Part shown: positions 36,345 through 52,011 of the stretch, in pieces
Position numbering within the stretch: the stretch's first letter is position 1
How the letters are laid out: each line of letters begins with the position of its first letter
Source of the DNA: Hyphochytrium catenoides
Lineage: Eukaryota > Protista > Hyphochytriomycota
Direction: 5' to 3'
Length of the DNA: 64,000 nt
Assembly (NCBI GenBank): GCA_900088475.1
Contig: FLMG01000355.1
Location: 62,001 to 126,000 of the forward strand
Program-made: the position numbers and the translations under genes
The notes under the pieces: model-generated
Databases searched by the model: none
Told to the model about the DNA's origin: nothing
Seen by the model: only the letters and a program-made list of their open reading frames with translations

Positions 36345-37418
36345 TTAACCCTTCTTGGTCTTCCTTCTAGTCTCTAACTCTCTCTGTATACGCTCGAAGT
36401 CTTCGTCACTCGGCTCCATCTTGGGCTTCCTTTTCCGCTTACTTCCTTGCTTAGCGTACTTCTGCTCCAACGCTTCTACCATGCCGTTAAATTGCCGTTC
36501 CCTAATAGTCAAATGTATGTGAGAGGTTAGGGTAAAGCGATCTCATAGCTGGGAGGCCTATGTCCGTACCTGTGGGTAGAAAGGGATGAGTGGCCCCTGT
36601 CTCCACGGGATCCCATGTTTCCACGAATCTGTTCCAGCAAGGCAGAAGCCTCTGCTGCTTCGTCCTCCAGCTTTTTCTTTCTTTGCTGACTTTTTTTCTT
36701 GGAGACAGTACTTCCTGGAACATTGTATGCCGCAAACTTCGGTACCTAAGATTATTTGCTCACTTCAGTTGGTTCAGACCGCCACTTCTGGTAGAGCAGT
36801 TACCTCTCCGGACGCTATTGCATCATCTATAATTTGCCTTAGTCGCTTGTCGTCCTCTTCCGTCTCTTCCACTAGCATTATGCTGTCCATAATTTTCTTC
36901 ATTGAGCCCTTATGACTCTTGTATGCTGGGATGGTGGCGAGAAGGCCTTAGCTAGCTCAAACTAAGGCTCTCGAAAGGGTCTATTTTACCTTTCAGGACG
37001 TCATCTCTTTCCTCGTTAGAGCCCTTATATTGCTTCTCAAAGCGCTGTATATCCTCAACAGTCACCTTTGGGAACAAGCTTCTCCAGTAGTCGAACCAAT
37101 CCGCGCTAATGTCATCGTCCACGTCCCCCGTTCGATCATAAATTGCTCGCTTCTGACCATCACTTAAAATGGAATGAGCAAAGCTAAGGCGCTGAAAGAT
37201 CTTAGTGGACTCAGGATCGTTCTTGTTCTTGTCGGGATGCTGCGGCATGTGGTAGGTAGGCGTAAGCTGAGGTACCAGAAAAGAGAAGCAAGCGATTGCG
37301 ACCCATGGCTTACGTGCTTTAGCGCCAGCCTCCTGTAGGCTTTCTTTAGCTCCTCTGGAGTAGCGTCTCTTGACACCTCTAGGAGGGCATAGAGATCAAC
37401 ACCATGCATATCCTGCAT
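36345..37418 (-). CDS. DNAJC9: DnaJ homolog subfamily C member 9-like (histone co-chaperone); multi-exon
   Basis: J domain LYALLEV...LKKAYRRLALKH|HPDKN; DNAJC9-type FEKQYKGSNEERDDVLK|AYKSHKGSMKKIMDSIML; C-terminal LEQKY...EPSDEDFERIQ. Confidence 0.9.
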
Positions 37419-38874
37419 AGCTCCTAGTCTAGTACTTGCAGCAGAAATGTGAGTTCTCTCTCCACAGACTAGCAGGATTCCACGATGATTGGTCTCATCC
37501 ACAGAGAAACCTCAAGATTGAGACTCGCATCGTGCAGAGAGAAAGTAGTTCTTGGAAGTGTTGACTTCTAACGAGCGTTTTGGCGGGAACTCTCTTAAGC
37601 CTTATCTACCCGAAGTCACAGTTTAGTACCAAAGTTTGTCGATGCTTAGATTTGGAAGGTCCAGTACTACTACGGAGTAACTGCTGCAATACCGAAACAT
37701 ACTGAGGGCCCCGAAAATAAAGATTGGGTTCTGACAATAAGAACTGCTCGAGGGACAACTACCAGCACTCCAGATTCACCTTGGCTCTTGCGCTCAAGCT
37801 CTCAAATACAATCTGCAGTTTCCCGTACTGGCTAAGAGGTAGCTGTCGCCCATAGACATTGACCTTGATATCATTCTTCAGGTCCTTGCTAGCCGGTGCT
37901 TTACCAGGCGAAGTGAATCAGCCAAGCAGTTGTCACCGTATCGTATTCATATACTCCGTACATCTATAAATCTCCATGGCAGTGGCTGACATTATGGTCA
38001 GCTAGGCCAGATGAAGCGACAATGAGTGGGACCGCCGCGTCTCCTATCATAATGCGCTTCCATATAACATTGTATTTCAAGTGGGCCGCCAGTTGCGACC
38101 AGTTTGTTGGTGCCGATGTTGATCCTTCCCTGGTGATTCTGGTAGTTAACGAGCCATCGCTCCGCCACCGGCGATGACGTTAAGTGACTGTCTTGACAAC
38201 TAGAGCGTCTTGACGAGCCCTTCGAATATCTCCGGCGCAAGCAGATTTCTTGCAGGGTAAGAATCAAAAGTAGGAAGACGGTTCGAAGCACCGTCACTGG
38301 CCTGCTCAAGACGGAAAAACGCATCATACTGGAGCGACAAGGTTTGGGTGCCTATAACGACCACTGGTGACGGCATACATCTATCACCTGCCATTAGTGC
38401 TCGGCCAGATGATACTGTTCTGGTGATAAAGCTGTCTACCTCAGTACGTCCTTAGTCTAGTGCTCGCTTCGTGGTTTACAGCCACCTTCTGAACAGCAGT
38501 CGCTACGTCTTTGCAAAACCAATACTAACTGTGCAACGTTGTTATTGAGGCAAGAGGACGCAACAGCAGACTTACAAAAAGTTGCCTTCAGTTCTGTAAG
38601 ATACACGACCGCAAGAGCAAACTTTACCAGCCTAATGCTCCGAGAGACAACCTTGTCAATGGTCAGGTCCAAGAAGGGAACAAATTATCCAAGGACTCGT
38701 GAACAAGCGTAGAACTAGTATTGGTCCTGGTGATTCTGTCTCCCGTCTCTTTTACGTGGGGCAAATAATATAATTATATATGTCACCTTTAGTCACTGCC
38801 TCCTAGGTACACTCTAACCGCACGAGCTCCCGATGGCACAATTGAATGACATGTGCCGAATTACTCTCACTGAT

Positions 38875-39354
38875 TTATGGCTTCTTCTTTAATCTTCCTG
38901 CCTCTAGTCGCTGCATCCGTCTAACCTCACGTTGGTTGTTCCTGGAGATCGCTTCTCCGCCCAACAGCACTCCGACCGTAAGAACGAAGATACAGAAGAC
39001 GAAGAAGTACATGTACGGCACCGTCAAGGACGGGGCTGTTGTCCACGCGGCACAAAGCATGTAGTAGAAGAAGAGGAAGTGCAGGCCTGTCATGAGACCC
39101 CAAAGAGATGTGATGGCGAACCAGTCCTCAATTGAGTTGTCGAAGAAGAATACTTTATAGCCACGCTTCTCGTACATTTCCTTCTTCGTCCGAGGTCTCC
39201 TTTCCAAGGGCTTGGTAGTCTTGGGAAAGGCCAACTTCTTCTCAATGATTCTCACATCTCTAGGAGCTGTTGTCTCCTCTGCCTTCGGTAGTGTGCCAGC
39301 CTCCACATCTAATGGGGCCGTCGTGGGTGCCTCGGTTGTATTGTTGTCTGACAT
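38875..39354 (-). CDS. Hypothetical 159-aa membrane protein with two predicted TM helices; intronless
   Basis: Clean ATG-to-stop ORF with natural composition, two hydrophobic segments (WFAITSLWGLMTGLHFLFFYYML; YMYFFVFCIFVLTVGVLLGG) and a basic C-terminal tail. Confidence 0.75.
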   Translation of the reverse strand: MSDNNTTEAPTTAPLDVEAGTLPKAEETTAPRDVRIIEKKLAFPKTTKPLERRPRTKKEMYEKRGYKVFFFDNSIEDWFAITSLWGLMTGLHFLFFYYMLCAAWTTAPSLTVPYMYFFVFCIFVLTVGVLLGGEAISRNNQREVRRMQRLEAGRLKKKP

Positions 39355-41764
39355 AATGTTTATACGCGTTGCTCGAAGCTTCCTTTCTATAGCCTTGGGG
39401 ACTGGTTAACCGATGAAGCTTCAGGGGGTGGAGAATTGTGAATTGAGTTTCGGGGGAGCGCGGAGCACTGAGTGTAGAAAGCTGCAATGAAGGTGATCTG
39501 TGCCGCGTGGTAATCCTCCTTCTCTAGGTCTTCATAACACCTCAAGGCTACGCCCAGCGATCTGGCTAAGTCATTGCAGAGAGGAAGAGGAGACAGTTCT
39601 TCCGGCCAATCGGTCTGTCAAAATCATTCATCGTGCCCAAGCTAGCGATATCTAGTTGACATCGTGGCTAGGTTTTCCTTCTGATATCCCTATCTTCCGT
39701 GGTATTCTGGAGTATGTTGGATGACTCACTGTCTGTGAAGCTTCAACAAGAGAATGAGAGAGAGAGTTAGTGAGGGAAGGATGTAGATTTGCCCTTGTTG
39801 TTGATGCTAACTCATCCATAACCGATGCCTACTCCTCTTCTTCTTTCCTCCATCCCTCCACCCACCAGCCTATTTTAGTTCGTAACCGCCCTCCTACTCC
39901 TCCTCCTCAGCTTTTATATCAGTGAGATGGGGAACGTGTAGTTCTATAATAATTACAGGGTAGTTCCTACCGCGTGTACAAGTGTTACAACAACATCAGA
40001 ACAACTGTCTGGTTGATTTTATGCGAAAGGACTGACCTTACTTCCTTCTTAGAAGCAAGGCCACAAAGCTCTTTGTTATCCATGCGGACGACAGTGCTTG
40101 AAGGAAAAAGAGGAAGGCTATTATTGCGGCGGTTGCCCTACATTATATACTACTAACATGTCTGGGGCTTTCTTGGTATTAGATTCTTCTTCGTCAGTAG
40201 TAGGCAGCTTTGCTGACGGCCCACCATGATGTGTCTCATGATGCTTGTTGTGCTATGGGGGCAAAAATATTATGAAAGAGCGGCGGCGCTGGACGCTTAA
40301 AGTTTACTGTCCGAATTTGTGGCTGCTAGGAAGAATTGGTTCCAGAAAGGAACCTCCCTTCTTCTTCCCCACGCCGCCATTCATCATAGACTTCTCGCAG
40401 AGTTAGTTACCACCTACCTACTACGGAAGTATAGCCTTTTTTTGAAGACGGACAGAAGCTGAAGCTGATAATATAGCTCAAATGTTATCTGTTAACATGG
40501 CATCTATCCCTTGATCTACGTTGGCACTATTGCCCAGCGCGTTACATTGTTGGTTGTCAATCTTTGAAGTTCTTACTTGTCTACCCGCCGTACTACTATT
40601 CTTCATCAATGTGACTATGTTTAGTATAATAATAGGAGGAGTACTCTATTATCTGTTCTCTATAACGTTCATCCTACAGTATATGAGTTATTATCTATCG
40701 ACCTCTCTCCAGCGTGCAGCTAAAGCATGCAGTTCTAATCAAGTTTACTAGGAAGGGCAAGAGGAAGGGATACTCGAGGAAGAAGAAGAATATGAGCGTC
40801 CTTGACTTGTGAACTTGTGAAAGCCAAGGAGAAGACTGCTATTCTTCATAATTATATATTTATAGTGCTTTGTTCTGCCGCCGCCTCAGTCTTCTTGCCT
40901 CCTGATAGATTCAGCCTTCATCAGCCTAGCTAGCCCTCTCCTGACCAAACTCAGTCACGACTGTGACTCAATCTTTCAGCATTTCCCTGAAGCTTTCCTG
41001 GTTGCCCCTACAAATGTAGGTTCCCACATGCCGGAAATCTATGGGTTTATAAAACGAAAACTAGCAACCGCACTGTTCCTAGAGTTGATGCCCACAAAAG
41101 ACCCGCAAACGGCTTGCTAATCTGAGTTTACGATGAACAGCGACGACGAAACTTGCTCAACCCATACATTTCCTTAAGGATGGCGTTGTAGTACATCTTC
41201 GGTCAAGGTTGTACAGGAAGGTCACTGTTGAGTGCGGAGTGTTGAGACAGAAGAGGGAGGAGAGAATCTGAGCTGGTAATCAATCATCTTGAGCTGTGGG
41301 GCTGGTGCCTTTTGTCTGTCTGTTTTGTGAGCACTTCTTGTTTGATCCTGACATCGGCTCTTCTCTGAGATTTTGTTATCGCCAGTTCCGCCGTGGTCAA
41401 CGCTATGTGTGCTTCATCCTCCACCTAGGGAAGCTGGACTGATGATCAGGCAGTAGTAGGGAGTTCTAATGAAGACCAATCGATGCTGCAGCTTGGGACC
41501 TCTATTGGTGCTACCTCGGTAGATTTTCGACTGTCACGCTCTCAAGGTACATTGGTGCTTTATCGGCGTTTCTGTTTCGTACAACGTGGCAAAGCCCACA
41601 GATAGGCGACCCCACGTATGTCTTTCTAGAGACACAGTGAGAAGACTTCTTATGAAGTGAACATTGGGGCCTTCGCTTGAATTCACTTCTTTAGCAAGTG
41701 GTGGGGATTGACGGAGGACAGGGTCTACTCGACAGCTGTTCCAAGCGCTACTCTGATCTCCAGA

Positions 41765-44378
<2,614 letters not shown>

Positions 44379-45490
44379 AAGTACTATGGTCCTCGCAAGC
44401 AAATTGTCGAAGCAGCTACTCTGGCCGACAGGAGTGCCCGACTTCGAGTCTTTCAAGCGGAGGCTGTGACGGCCCGTATCGGCAATAAAGTTGGACGTAG
44501 CTCTTAAGAGCAAGGGCCATAATGAGTAGCCTTTGGGCTTTCTCCAAGGGATTCCTCTCCTTACGCAGATGTCCCCATGCGAAGTTGGTCCTGCCTAACT
44601 CATCAGCTCGTCTTATTAGAGAATGATTAGAGGAGAGGAATGGAGGAAAACCTTCGACATGCTGCTGCCGGAAGATTGGATAGTATTTGGTTGCTGGCAG
44701 AGACCTGAAAAGTTGGTGGTAGTGAGCTCTTATAGCATAAGGTGTCGTTAGGGGATCCTTGCAGACCTAGACTTCAACTACTTTGTAAGAGGAGACAGCC
44801 CAGACAAAAAGCTGGCAGAGCAAAAGGAGTGGGACTTCTCCCGCTGTATCAAAAAATCCTTTCAAAGATAAATTGACAGAGTTCCAGACTGTTGAAGGTG
44901 ACCTCGATACACCGTAGAAGTGAGCCGTGACAGAGAGTTGCTCCGAAGCCTATCAGCAGGTGCTCGAAAGCAGTATCTCCATTGGTTCCTACTATGCTGA
45001 GCCTCAGTTGCATAAAACAATGAGCTCCATGGTCAAGGATATAAATCAGCTTCGTAGAATCTTCCGGTCGGTTGCTAGGAGAAGTTCGTCGATGAAAGAC
45101 AGTGAAGTGTAAGGCAGTGCCCTGTGCAGAACCGCGATGTCTGCCACTGAGGACCCATCCTTACGGCTGGCAGTCACCGAGGACTATAGTTCGGGACCAC
45201 GTTGGAGCGACATGCCAAACGTCCCAACAAACTAAATCTCCATAAGCAGTGCCTGCGTGCCTGCACACTCCTAGTCCCCAAACACATTGTACTGTTCTCA
45301 TTCATCAACGTCCTAGCTTGTAAACAGCTCGCAGTCTGCAGACGTGGCGATGTCAAAGATGTCGGCTTCTTGCAGCAAGGCGGGACAGGCGCGTTCGCGA
45401 CTCTTCTGAGAAGCGAACGATGTTCCCTGTTAGTCGACGTAGGGCTCTTATGTCTAAGCTGTACTGAGGGTACTGTACAGCCGTGCAGAG

Positions 45491-47649
45491 ATGAACTACA
45501 ATAAGAGGCGCTCCACACTTCCTAAGGTCGTTATGGTGACGTTGAAGGCAGTAATAATAAGCGGCCTCCTCCAGTTGAAGTGCCGTTATCTTCCCGCGCG
45601 ACCTACGAGAACTGTTCGCATGTTCGCTCCCTGGTTCTGTCTGTCGAGCTCCAACAAGCTCCGCCTCTTCTCCTGCTGCCATTGGCAGGTCTTCAGTCAG
45701 AGCCTTGGAGCACTGCGGAGGCATTTCTTGATCGAGTTCGATCATTGCCAAAACCGTACCGCCCTTGCGCTCGCTCTGGAAGAGGACTTACACGTTTCCT
45801 ATCAAAGAAGTGTACTCGATGGCTCTCTTAGGATCGATGGTGGTGACAAGAGAGATTGCCTAACAAAGACCCTGTCACGTTGCTTATTACATTGGACTGA
45901 GGCAACAGATCACGCCAACCCATTTCCGACTCATGACATCGTCGAGCTCTTGGTAAAGGAACCGGTAAAGTCGTGGCTCTCGATATGGGATTGCTCCCGG
46001 CCCCGGACGGAGCTTTGGCCCAGAATGGCGCACCCTAAAGAAGCGTTCAGAGTCCCTTACGATTCCACAAAATATGTGAGATGCGGTTTCCCTACTCTGC
46101 TCTCTAGTAGTCATCACTAAAGTCTATTCCCACTTGCCCACTCATCGTAGGGACCGCCAAAGCCGCCAGAAGATGCAGAGGCCTTCGTGAACTTCATTGA
46201 CTGGGAGATGTACTCCGTGTTTCTGATCGTAATAGACTCCATTGGGACAGTTCTCTGGGTAAGTCTGCTATCTTCTTTTGGAAGCGGGTACCCAGGCCGA
46301 GGGAAATTAGCTTCTTCGTCCCCGTCCGAACTGCCATTGGACTGCCCATATTAACCGTTCTTCCACAGTTTGCTATTGCCATGTCGCTGCTAAAGCATAC
46401 ACGGGTCAAGTGGCTGTCTCCCTCCATCCGGATGAGCCTTGGCGTTGCATACTGCATGGTCAAATTCCTCGTTGTGCGAAACCTATGGAGTGGCACCGCC
46501 TATTACGTTATCTGCACTGTGTCGATGATCCTCTACCACCTCTATGCCTCCCAAGCCGTCATGTTCTCCTCTGGACCCCTGCAGACGCTATTCCGTAACC
46601 AGAAGAGTCTCTATCCGGTGCAGACTCCAATGCAAGTAAAGAAGCTGCAGAACGCAGTCACAGCTTTCGCAACTGCGGTGTATACCTGGGTGGAAGGGAA
46701 GCTATGGGCCTTGCTACGAGTTCTCTTCTCTTTGAAGGTGGGCTGGATGCGTTATGAAGTAGTGGACGACCATGAAGTACCCTTTGTAGCCCAACCAACT
46801 TCTTCTTCAGCGGAGAGCAATAGCACAGCTAGGCCAGAGTATAATGAGGTGTCTCTTCCGGTTCAAAGGGGGAATGCAAGCCCCCGACAACATCCTGTAG
46901 CTCTGACTCAAGGCAGTCCTAGGAGACAGTACCAGCTACTCTCTATGAAGGAAGGAAAACTCCATGTCTCGATAGATGCTCTACGGTGGAACAGGGCCTT
47001 TGTGTCTGAGTGGCGAAGCACTTTGGAAGACTATGCGCTCTGCTTTGTAGAGGAGAGGCTGTCATCACTACGAAACAAGGAAGCCAGGATCATGGTCAGA
47101 ATATCTCAAGATGGGTTGTTGCAAGCTTTTCTGACACAAGTAAGTGCTGAATAGAGAAGATTATAACGTGACTAGGCACTTGTGCTAAAGGCTGGCTCTT
47201 TGATTGTCCATTCACAGGTGCCTACGGTTGAAATGCTGGATCCAGCTTCCGATAGCAAAGACCATTCAACTCTTTTTGAACTCATTATGCGCTTTATGGA
47301 AGTCGGATTGCCAAAAGGAAGATCTTTGTCAAAGTCCAAGATATACTACTTCTACTCGGATTACAAGCGCTTTGGCTGGCAGCTATCACTTGTCCAAAAG
47401 CAAGCCATACATCGGCTGCTTGTGCAGCTCAATCATTGTGGAGTCGGCCCTGTCGAGGATGAAGAGGTCGACTTTAGCTCCACTCCTCTAGATTCAATGG
47501 CATTGCCTCTAGCGATGCCACCACTAAGGGCTTTTTGGTGCCGAAATTTCGCTTCCTTGCCTGTAGAGCAATGGCTTGAAGCAACTCCTCCGAGAGGAGC
47601 CAAGAACAAAGATACCGCGATAGGAAAAGTGTTGGACTCGATCTTCTAG
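45491..47649 (+). CDS. Hypothetical membrane protein (about 3 TM segments); 5' end uncertain; multi-exon
   Basis: ORFs 45491-46120, 46381-47154 and 47182-47649 can be linked through GT-AG introns via the exon GPPKPPEDAEAFVNFIDWEMYSVFLIVIDSIGTVLW. No family motif recognised. Confidence 0.55.
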
Positions 47650-47693
47650 ATAAGTACTTCGAGTGGGGAGTCTAGGAGAGAGGCTCACAGGGA

Positions 47694-48422
47694 TTATTGT
47701 GCTGGCTTATGCTTAGCAAACGTTTCCGGGGAAGCCCTGCCTAGTGGGGATGACTGGACAAAGGCTTGGATTTGTCGGAGAATTGGTGTCTGCAGCTCCT
47801 ATTGAAACTATTAGCAGTGTTTGTGTACATAGAGTTGACGGTCAAAGGCATGTTACCTCAGGAGGACTATCCTTCTTAGTGATATAGTTGTAAATATCGA
47901 TTGTCTCCTGGTTTAGAAGAGCTTCGTACTGATCCAGCTCATCCTCTTGGAGACTGTCTACGTGCTGCTCAGACCACTTTGCCAGTAGAAGGTCCACTTC
48001 GAGTCTGACAGAGAAGAAATGAGTGTACGAGAAGGTTAGGGCGAAGCGCTATTGGTAAGAACAAGGCGGCGTTCACTTACAGCCCTCGCTGTTTGCTGCG
48101 GTAGATAAGGCGCTTTCTTCGAGCAATATCTTTGTCAATCTTTTGGGATCCCTGGCTGTTTGAAAGCTCACAGTAAGGCATCTTTGAAGCATGAGGTGCT
48201 TGCGAATCTATCTTCTCACCTGGAAGCAGGATATTGCTCTCGCACCTCAAAGTGTCGCATCTTCATGTCAGCATATCTTTGTTTAGCACGAGACTCTTGC
48301 TCAGCTGATAGTTTCCCGAACTCTTGGCTTGACGAGCTGAAGCAGCGCACTCCAGTCGAGGTCGCGTTTAACTGCCTCCTTACTGGAGCTACTAGCCAAC
48401 GAAGCGAAAGCCCTCCTTTCAT
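47694..48422 (-). CDS. SDHAF2: Succinate dehydrogenase assembly factor 2 (Sdh5/SdhE), mitochondrial; 4 exons
   Basis: Mitochondrial presequence, then RRKRLIYRSKQRG|LLEVDLLLAKW...ELDQYEALLNQETIDIYNYIT, ending ...FAKHKPAQ*. Confidence 0.92.
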
Positions 48423-49153
48423 CTTGCCTGATAACTGTGAGTCGAGTAGATATTGCCGCCGCCTCGGACAAAGCCTATGACTGTTCGGGTTTAGCTCTCT
48501 CCCTCGCTAACGTAGGACGTTCCAACTCACCGAGTACTGATCAGCTGGTACGTCTCCAACTCCTATAGCTGCTATTGCGAAGAGGAAGAAGCTGGATATA
48601 GGTAGGTGTGGACCGGTGAAGACTGGTACGAGAAGACCAAGGGTCTGATGATGAGGGCTGATGGAGAGGAGGAAGAGTGATGAATAATGAGGACATCATC
48701 ACCTGTCATTCTGACGCACGAAGTTTCTGCGCCTCTGTCTACCTCTTCTCTAGCATGTGAAACTCTGCCATCTTGACCTCTTGACGAGATCAAATACTGA
48801 ACAGGTCTAGGAATGTCTAGTATAAGTACCCTCCACCTGCATATTATTCTAGATATTGTATGTCTAGATGTCTAGACTCTAGATCTCTTTGGAGATTAGG
48901 CTCTGCAGATGCATTCCGTAGATATTGGCGGCCAGTAACTTATAGTGAGGCTCAGCGGCTCAGCGCATGAAGGAGACGGCGCTCATTCTGTGCGTGCGAA
49001 ACGCCGCTGATGAAGAAGCATATTATACTTGGCGGTGAAGGACAGAACCATCTGTAACACATAGGGTTAGTCAAAAGGTCCACGTGCTGCGAGAAGTAGC
49101 GGGAAGGCCTCGCCCAAGTTGAGAGCTTTCTACCTCCTACTGACTGCTGAAGT

Positions 49154-49454
49154 ATGAAGTCCTTGGGCTCCCTATTCAGCACGATGATGACGCTATGTCC
49201 AGATAAGGTAAACTATAGCCAATCGAGGTCTCTTCCACATCTGATGGCCAAATCTACAGATTGCAGCCTATGGTACTTGTGTCGTCAATGCAGAAAGCAC
49301 GGGTTTGACCCATAATTGCTGCCAGAAGGAGTTCGCAGCACTCCGCCAATGCCTCCAAACCTGTGTAAGTTTGACTGATGCGGCGGCCTTCCACTCATTT
49401 ACTAGTCTTGACTTCTGGCGCTTGCAGGTCCGACAGCAGAAGTTAAAGAAGTAG
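49154..49454 (+). CDS. NDUFAF8: Small twin-CX9C protein, NDUFAF8-like complex I assembly factor; 3 exons; not in the ORF track
   Basis: Spliced translation MKSLGSLFSTMMTLCPDK|IAAYGTCVVNAESTGLTHNCCQKEFAALRQCLQTC|VRQQKLKK* matches the C..xAAYGxCV...CxxEFxALxxC pattern. Confidence 0.8.
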
Positions 49455-51001
49455 AAGTCTCAGAAGGCATAGCTCTTCTAGATCAGCCAACTGGCGCATG
49501 GCCACTATTGACAAGTGCGACGGATTATTCCGGCAATAGCTATGACTCTTTACTAGTAGAAGAACCCACGAGGAGGAGCTCCACTGTTACTGCTTGGGAT
49601 ACAGTTGCGCAGAGCCATAACAGGGCACCACTCCCTGCGCAAGAGCGACAGAACGGCGGTCTATCTTTCTCGGATGGAGTTGCCCTTCCCAATTTGGCAG
49701 ATGCCACGCTGCACTGTTAGGCAAAGCAGAGGAAAAGAAACAGCGAAAATTTGGCTTTCGATGCAGCCTAGAGATGCCCAAAGGTTTATATCAACGATGG
49801 CTACTTTTTGAGGAGAGTACCTAGTGGAACAGTGCTAAAAGTCACCTGAGCGCTAGGGCTCAAGCACATAGACCGTTAAAAGGCATGCAGCCTACCGACT
49901 TAAGCGGCTTCGATTAGCCTCAATCTCAGATTGGATAACTTACTGGCATATGGCGAGGATTGCTTGATAGCTTCTAAGAAGTCGAATGCTTGTTATCCCC
50001 TGCGAGAGAGTTATGTGGTCCCTCGAAGCTCAGGAAGTATTGCTAAGAGCTGTCCATGTTTGGGTTGGCAATCATCCCGGACTTACATATGATCAGCCCC
50101 AATAACCTCCATGTCGTATGGGCAACGGCACTTGATTGGATGTAGATGGAGTCCTCCGATAGTGTATACCGATCTGGATATGCCGTCCAAGTCTCACATG
50201 GCCTCTACTGCACCTTAGCATGTCCACCACGCACTAATTCTAGGATCTAAACTGATAGTTCCCCCTCTCGCCATGTCAAGCTGTTCCTGTTGACACATGT
50301 CCTGCGCCTCAAATGATGTACCGAAACATAATAGAACCGATCAACATCACGTAGCTCTCATCAGCATGACGGGTGTGGCGCCCACACACGGTGGCGCAGG
50401 AGGTTGCCTTGGTATACAGCTATCGGATGATGTGTCATTCGCTATCTTCGAAGAGGCACCTCTGCATTAAAGATGACATAGAGCTATTCCTCAATCAGAG
50501 TCTAGCAGAAGCATGGCCTTACTTCTTATGCCTCGAGGAAAGAAATCTAATAGATCATGCCGAGCTAAGTGCTTGGTCTTTGCCGAGGCGACACAATCAT
50601 GGGCCAACATGTGTACGCAGGAAGAAAGAGGAACTGGGGATCTAGCCATGTTGTACATCTTACCGTAGTCCTGTAAAGCTGTATTCTGCCGATAAAAAGC
50701 CATAGAACTGTGTTGGTTGTAATTTTGCTACAACTACGATGACCTTCCTCTTCACAGTTTCTTGGGTGTGCATCAACAGCAAAAGTTTTAAAATTGCTAC
50801 TATAAAGAGGCACGATGATAGATAATGCTCTCGCCTGGCTGTTCCATGGGTGGTAAGTGCTACGCCCGCTCTGCTACCAAGATGCGCTGTCGAGCCAAAC
50901 CCTAGGAGGATGGAAGGTGACAGCTCGTGATCACAAACCTCTCGCTCGTAGCAGAGAGAGAAAGAAGACGTGATAGGTGGTCAACCTCTCCTTTACAGAG
51001 C

Positions 51002-52011
51002 ATGATGATGCTCTGGGGCACAGTTGTGATACTGGGCCTTGCCCTTCTCCGCCTTTACCAAGTCCTGCCCGCACGCGTAAGAAGAATGATAATGCCTCTT
51101 AACACTTCATCTGCAAAGGAGAAAGGGAGTACAACCTTAAGACCACAGATAGGCACGCAACTGACTCGCCACTACCGCACCCTGGTAGTGTTGGGATCAG
51201 GTCCGACTTAAAAAGAAATGAGAGTTCTTGTCGTGGTCCAAAGCTGACAGTTGTCGAATCTTTGGTAAGCAGGCGGACATACTACGGAGATGCTGACGCT
51301 GATCGAGAAGATGGATAGTGCTAAATATGCGCCCTTAGCCTTTGTGATAGCCAGCTCTGACAAGACAAGTCGCCGTCGACTAAACGGCCAATATGACAAG
51401 GTTCAGTCATCTAACTCCTTGCCAGACACTGACATCACTGTTGCTAAGCTCGCCCTGCAGTGCGAAGTTTTCATTATTCCAAGAAGCCGAGAGGTAACTA
51501 TTGCTTGCAATTGCATGTCATAGCGTCGATTAGAGCCTCTAAGGTGGCATAAGGTTGGTCAAGGGTGGATCTCCAGTGCGTGGAGCACTCTATACGCTCT
51601 ATCCAAGACGTTTGGAATGGTATGGCGCTTTAGACCACATCTTGTCCTCTGTAATGGGCCAGGTGCGTTCTCATAGACTTCAAAACGAAGTCTCTTCTGA
51701 CCTTCGACGAGAGCTAACCTCCTGTCCGCTGTCCATGGCAATGTAGGCACCTGTGTTCCTGTCTGTATATCAACATACATCCTTAGGTACCTTGGTTTCG
51801 CGAAGGGGAAAATCATCTTCTGTGAGAGCTTTGCAAGGGTAAAGTCCTTGTCTCTCACTGGGAAGATTCTGTACTACTTTTCGGATAGATTCATTGTTCA
51901 TTGGCCGGCATTACAGCAGCGGTAAGCCAGCAGATTGGTTGATCGCCAAAGGCTGTACTAATGGTTACCTGCAGATATAGACACTCGCAATACTTAGGGA
52001 GAATATGCTAG
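51002..52011 (+). CDS. ALG14: UDP-N-acetylglucosamine transferase subunit ALG14; multi-exon
   Basis: N-terminal TM, TLVVLGS|GGHTTEM, IPRSRE|VGQ, LVLCNGP|GTCVPVC, FCESFARVKSLSLTGKILY, FIVHWP. Confidence 0.94.

Noticed and set aside
39040-39170. Resemblance of the 2-TM orphan to the N-terminus of Na/K-ATPase beta subunits
   Set aside because: Only a loose aromatic pattern. It has a second TM and lacks the beta ectodomain.
36113-39618. Shared 14-mer GCCAATCGGTCTGT at 36113 and 39605
   Set aside because: Several 14-bp matches are expected by chance in 64 kb. At most a CCAAT-box context.
49500-50900. Several 60-90 aa ORFs between NDUFAF8 and ALG14
   Set aside because: No consistent splice model or motifs. 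Possibly decayed sequence.
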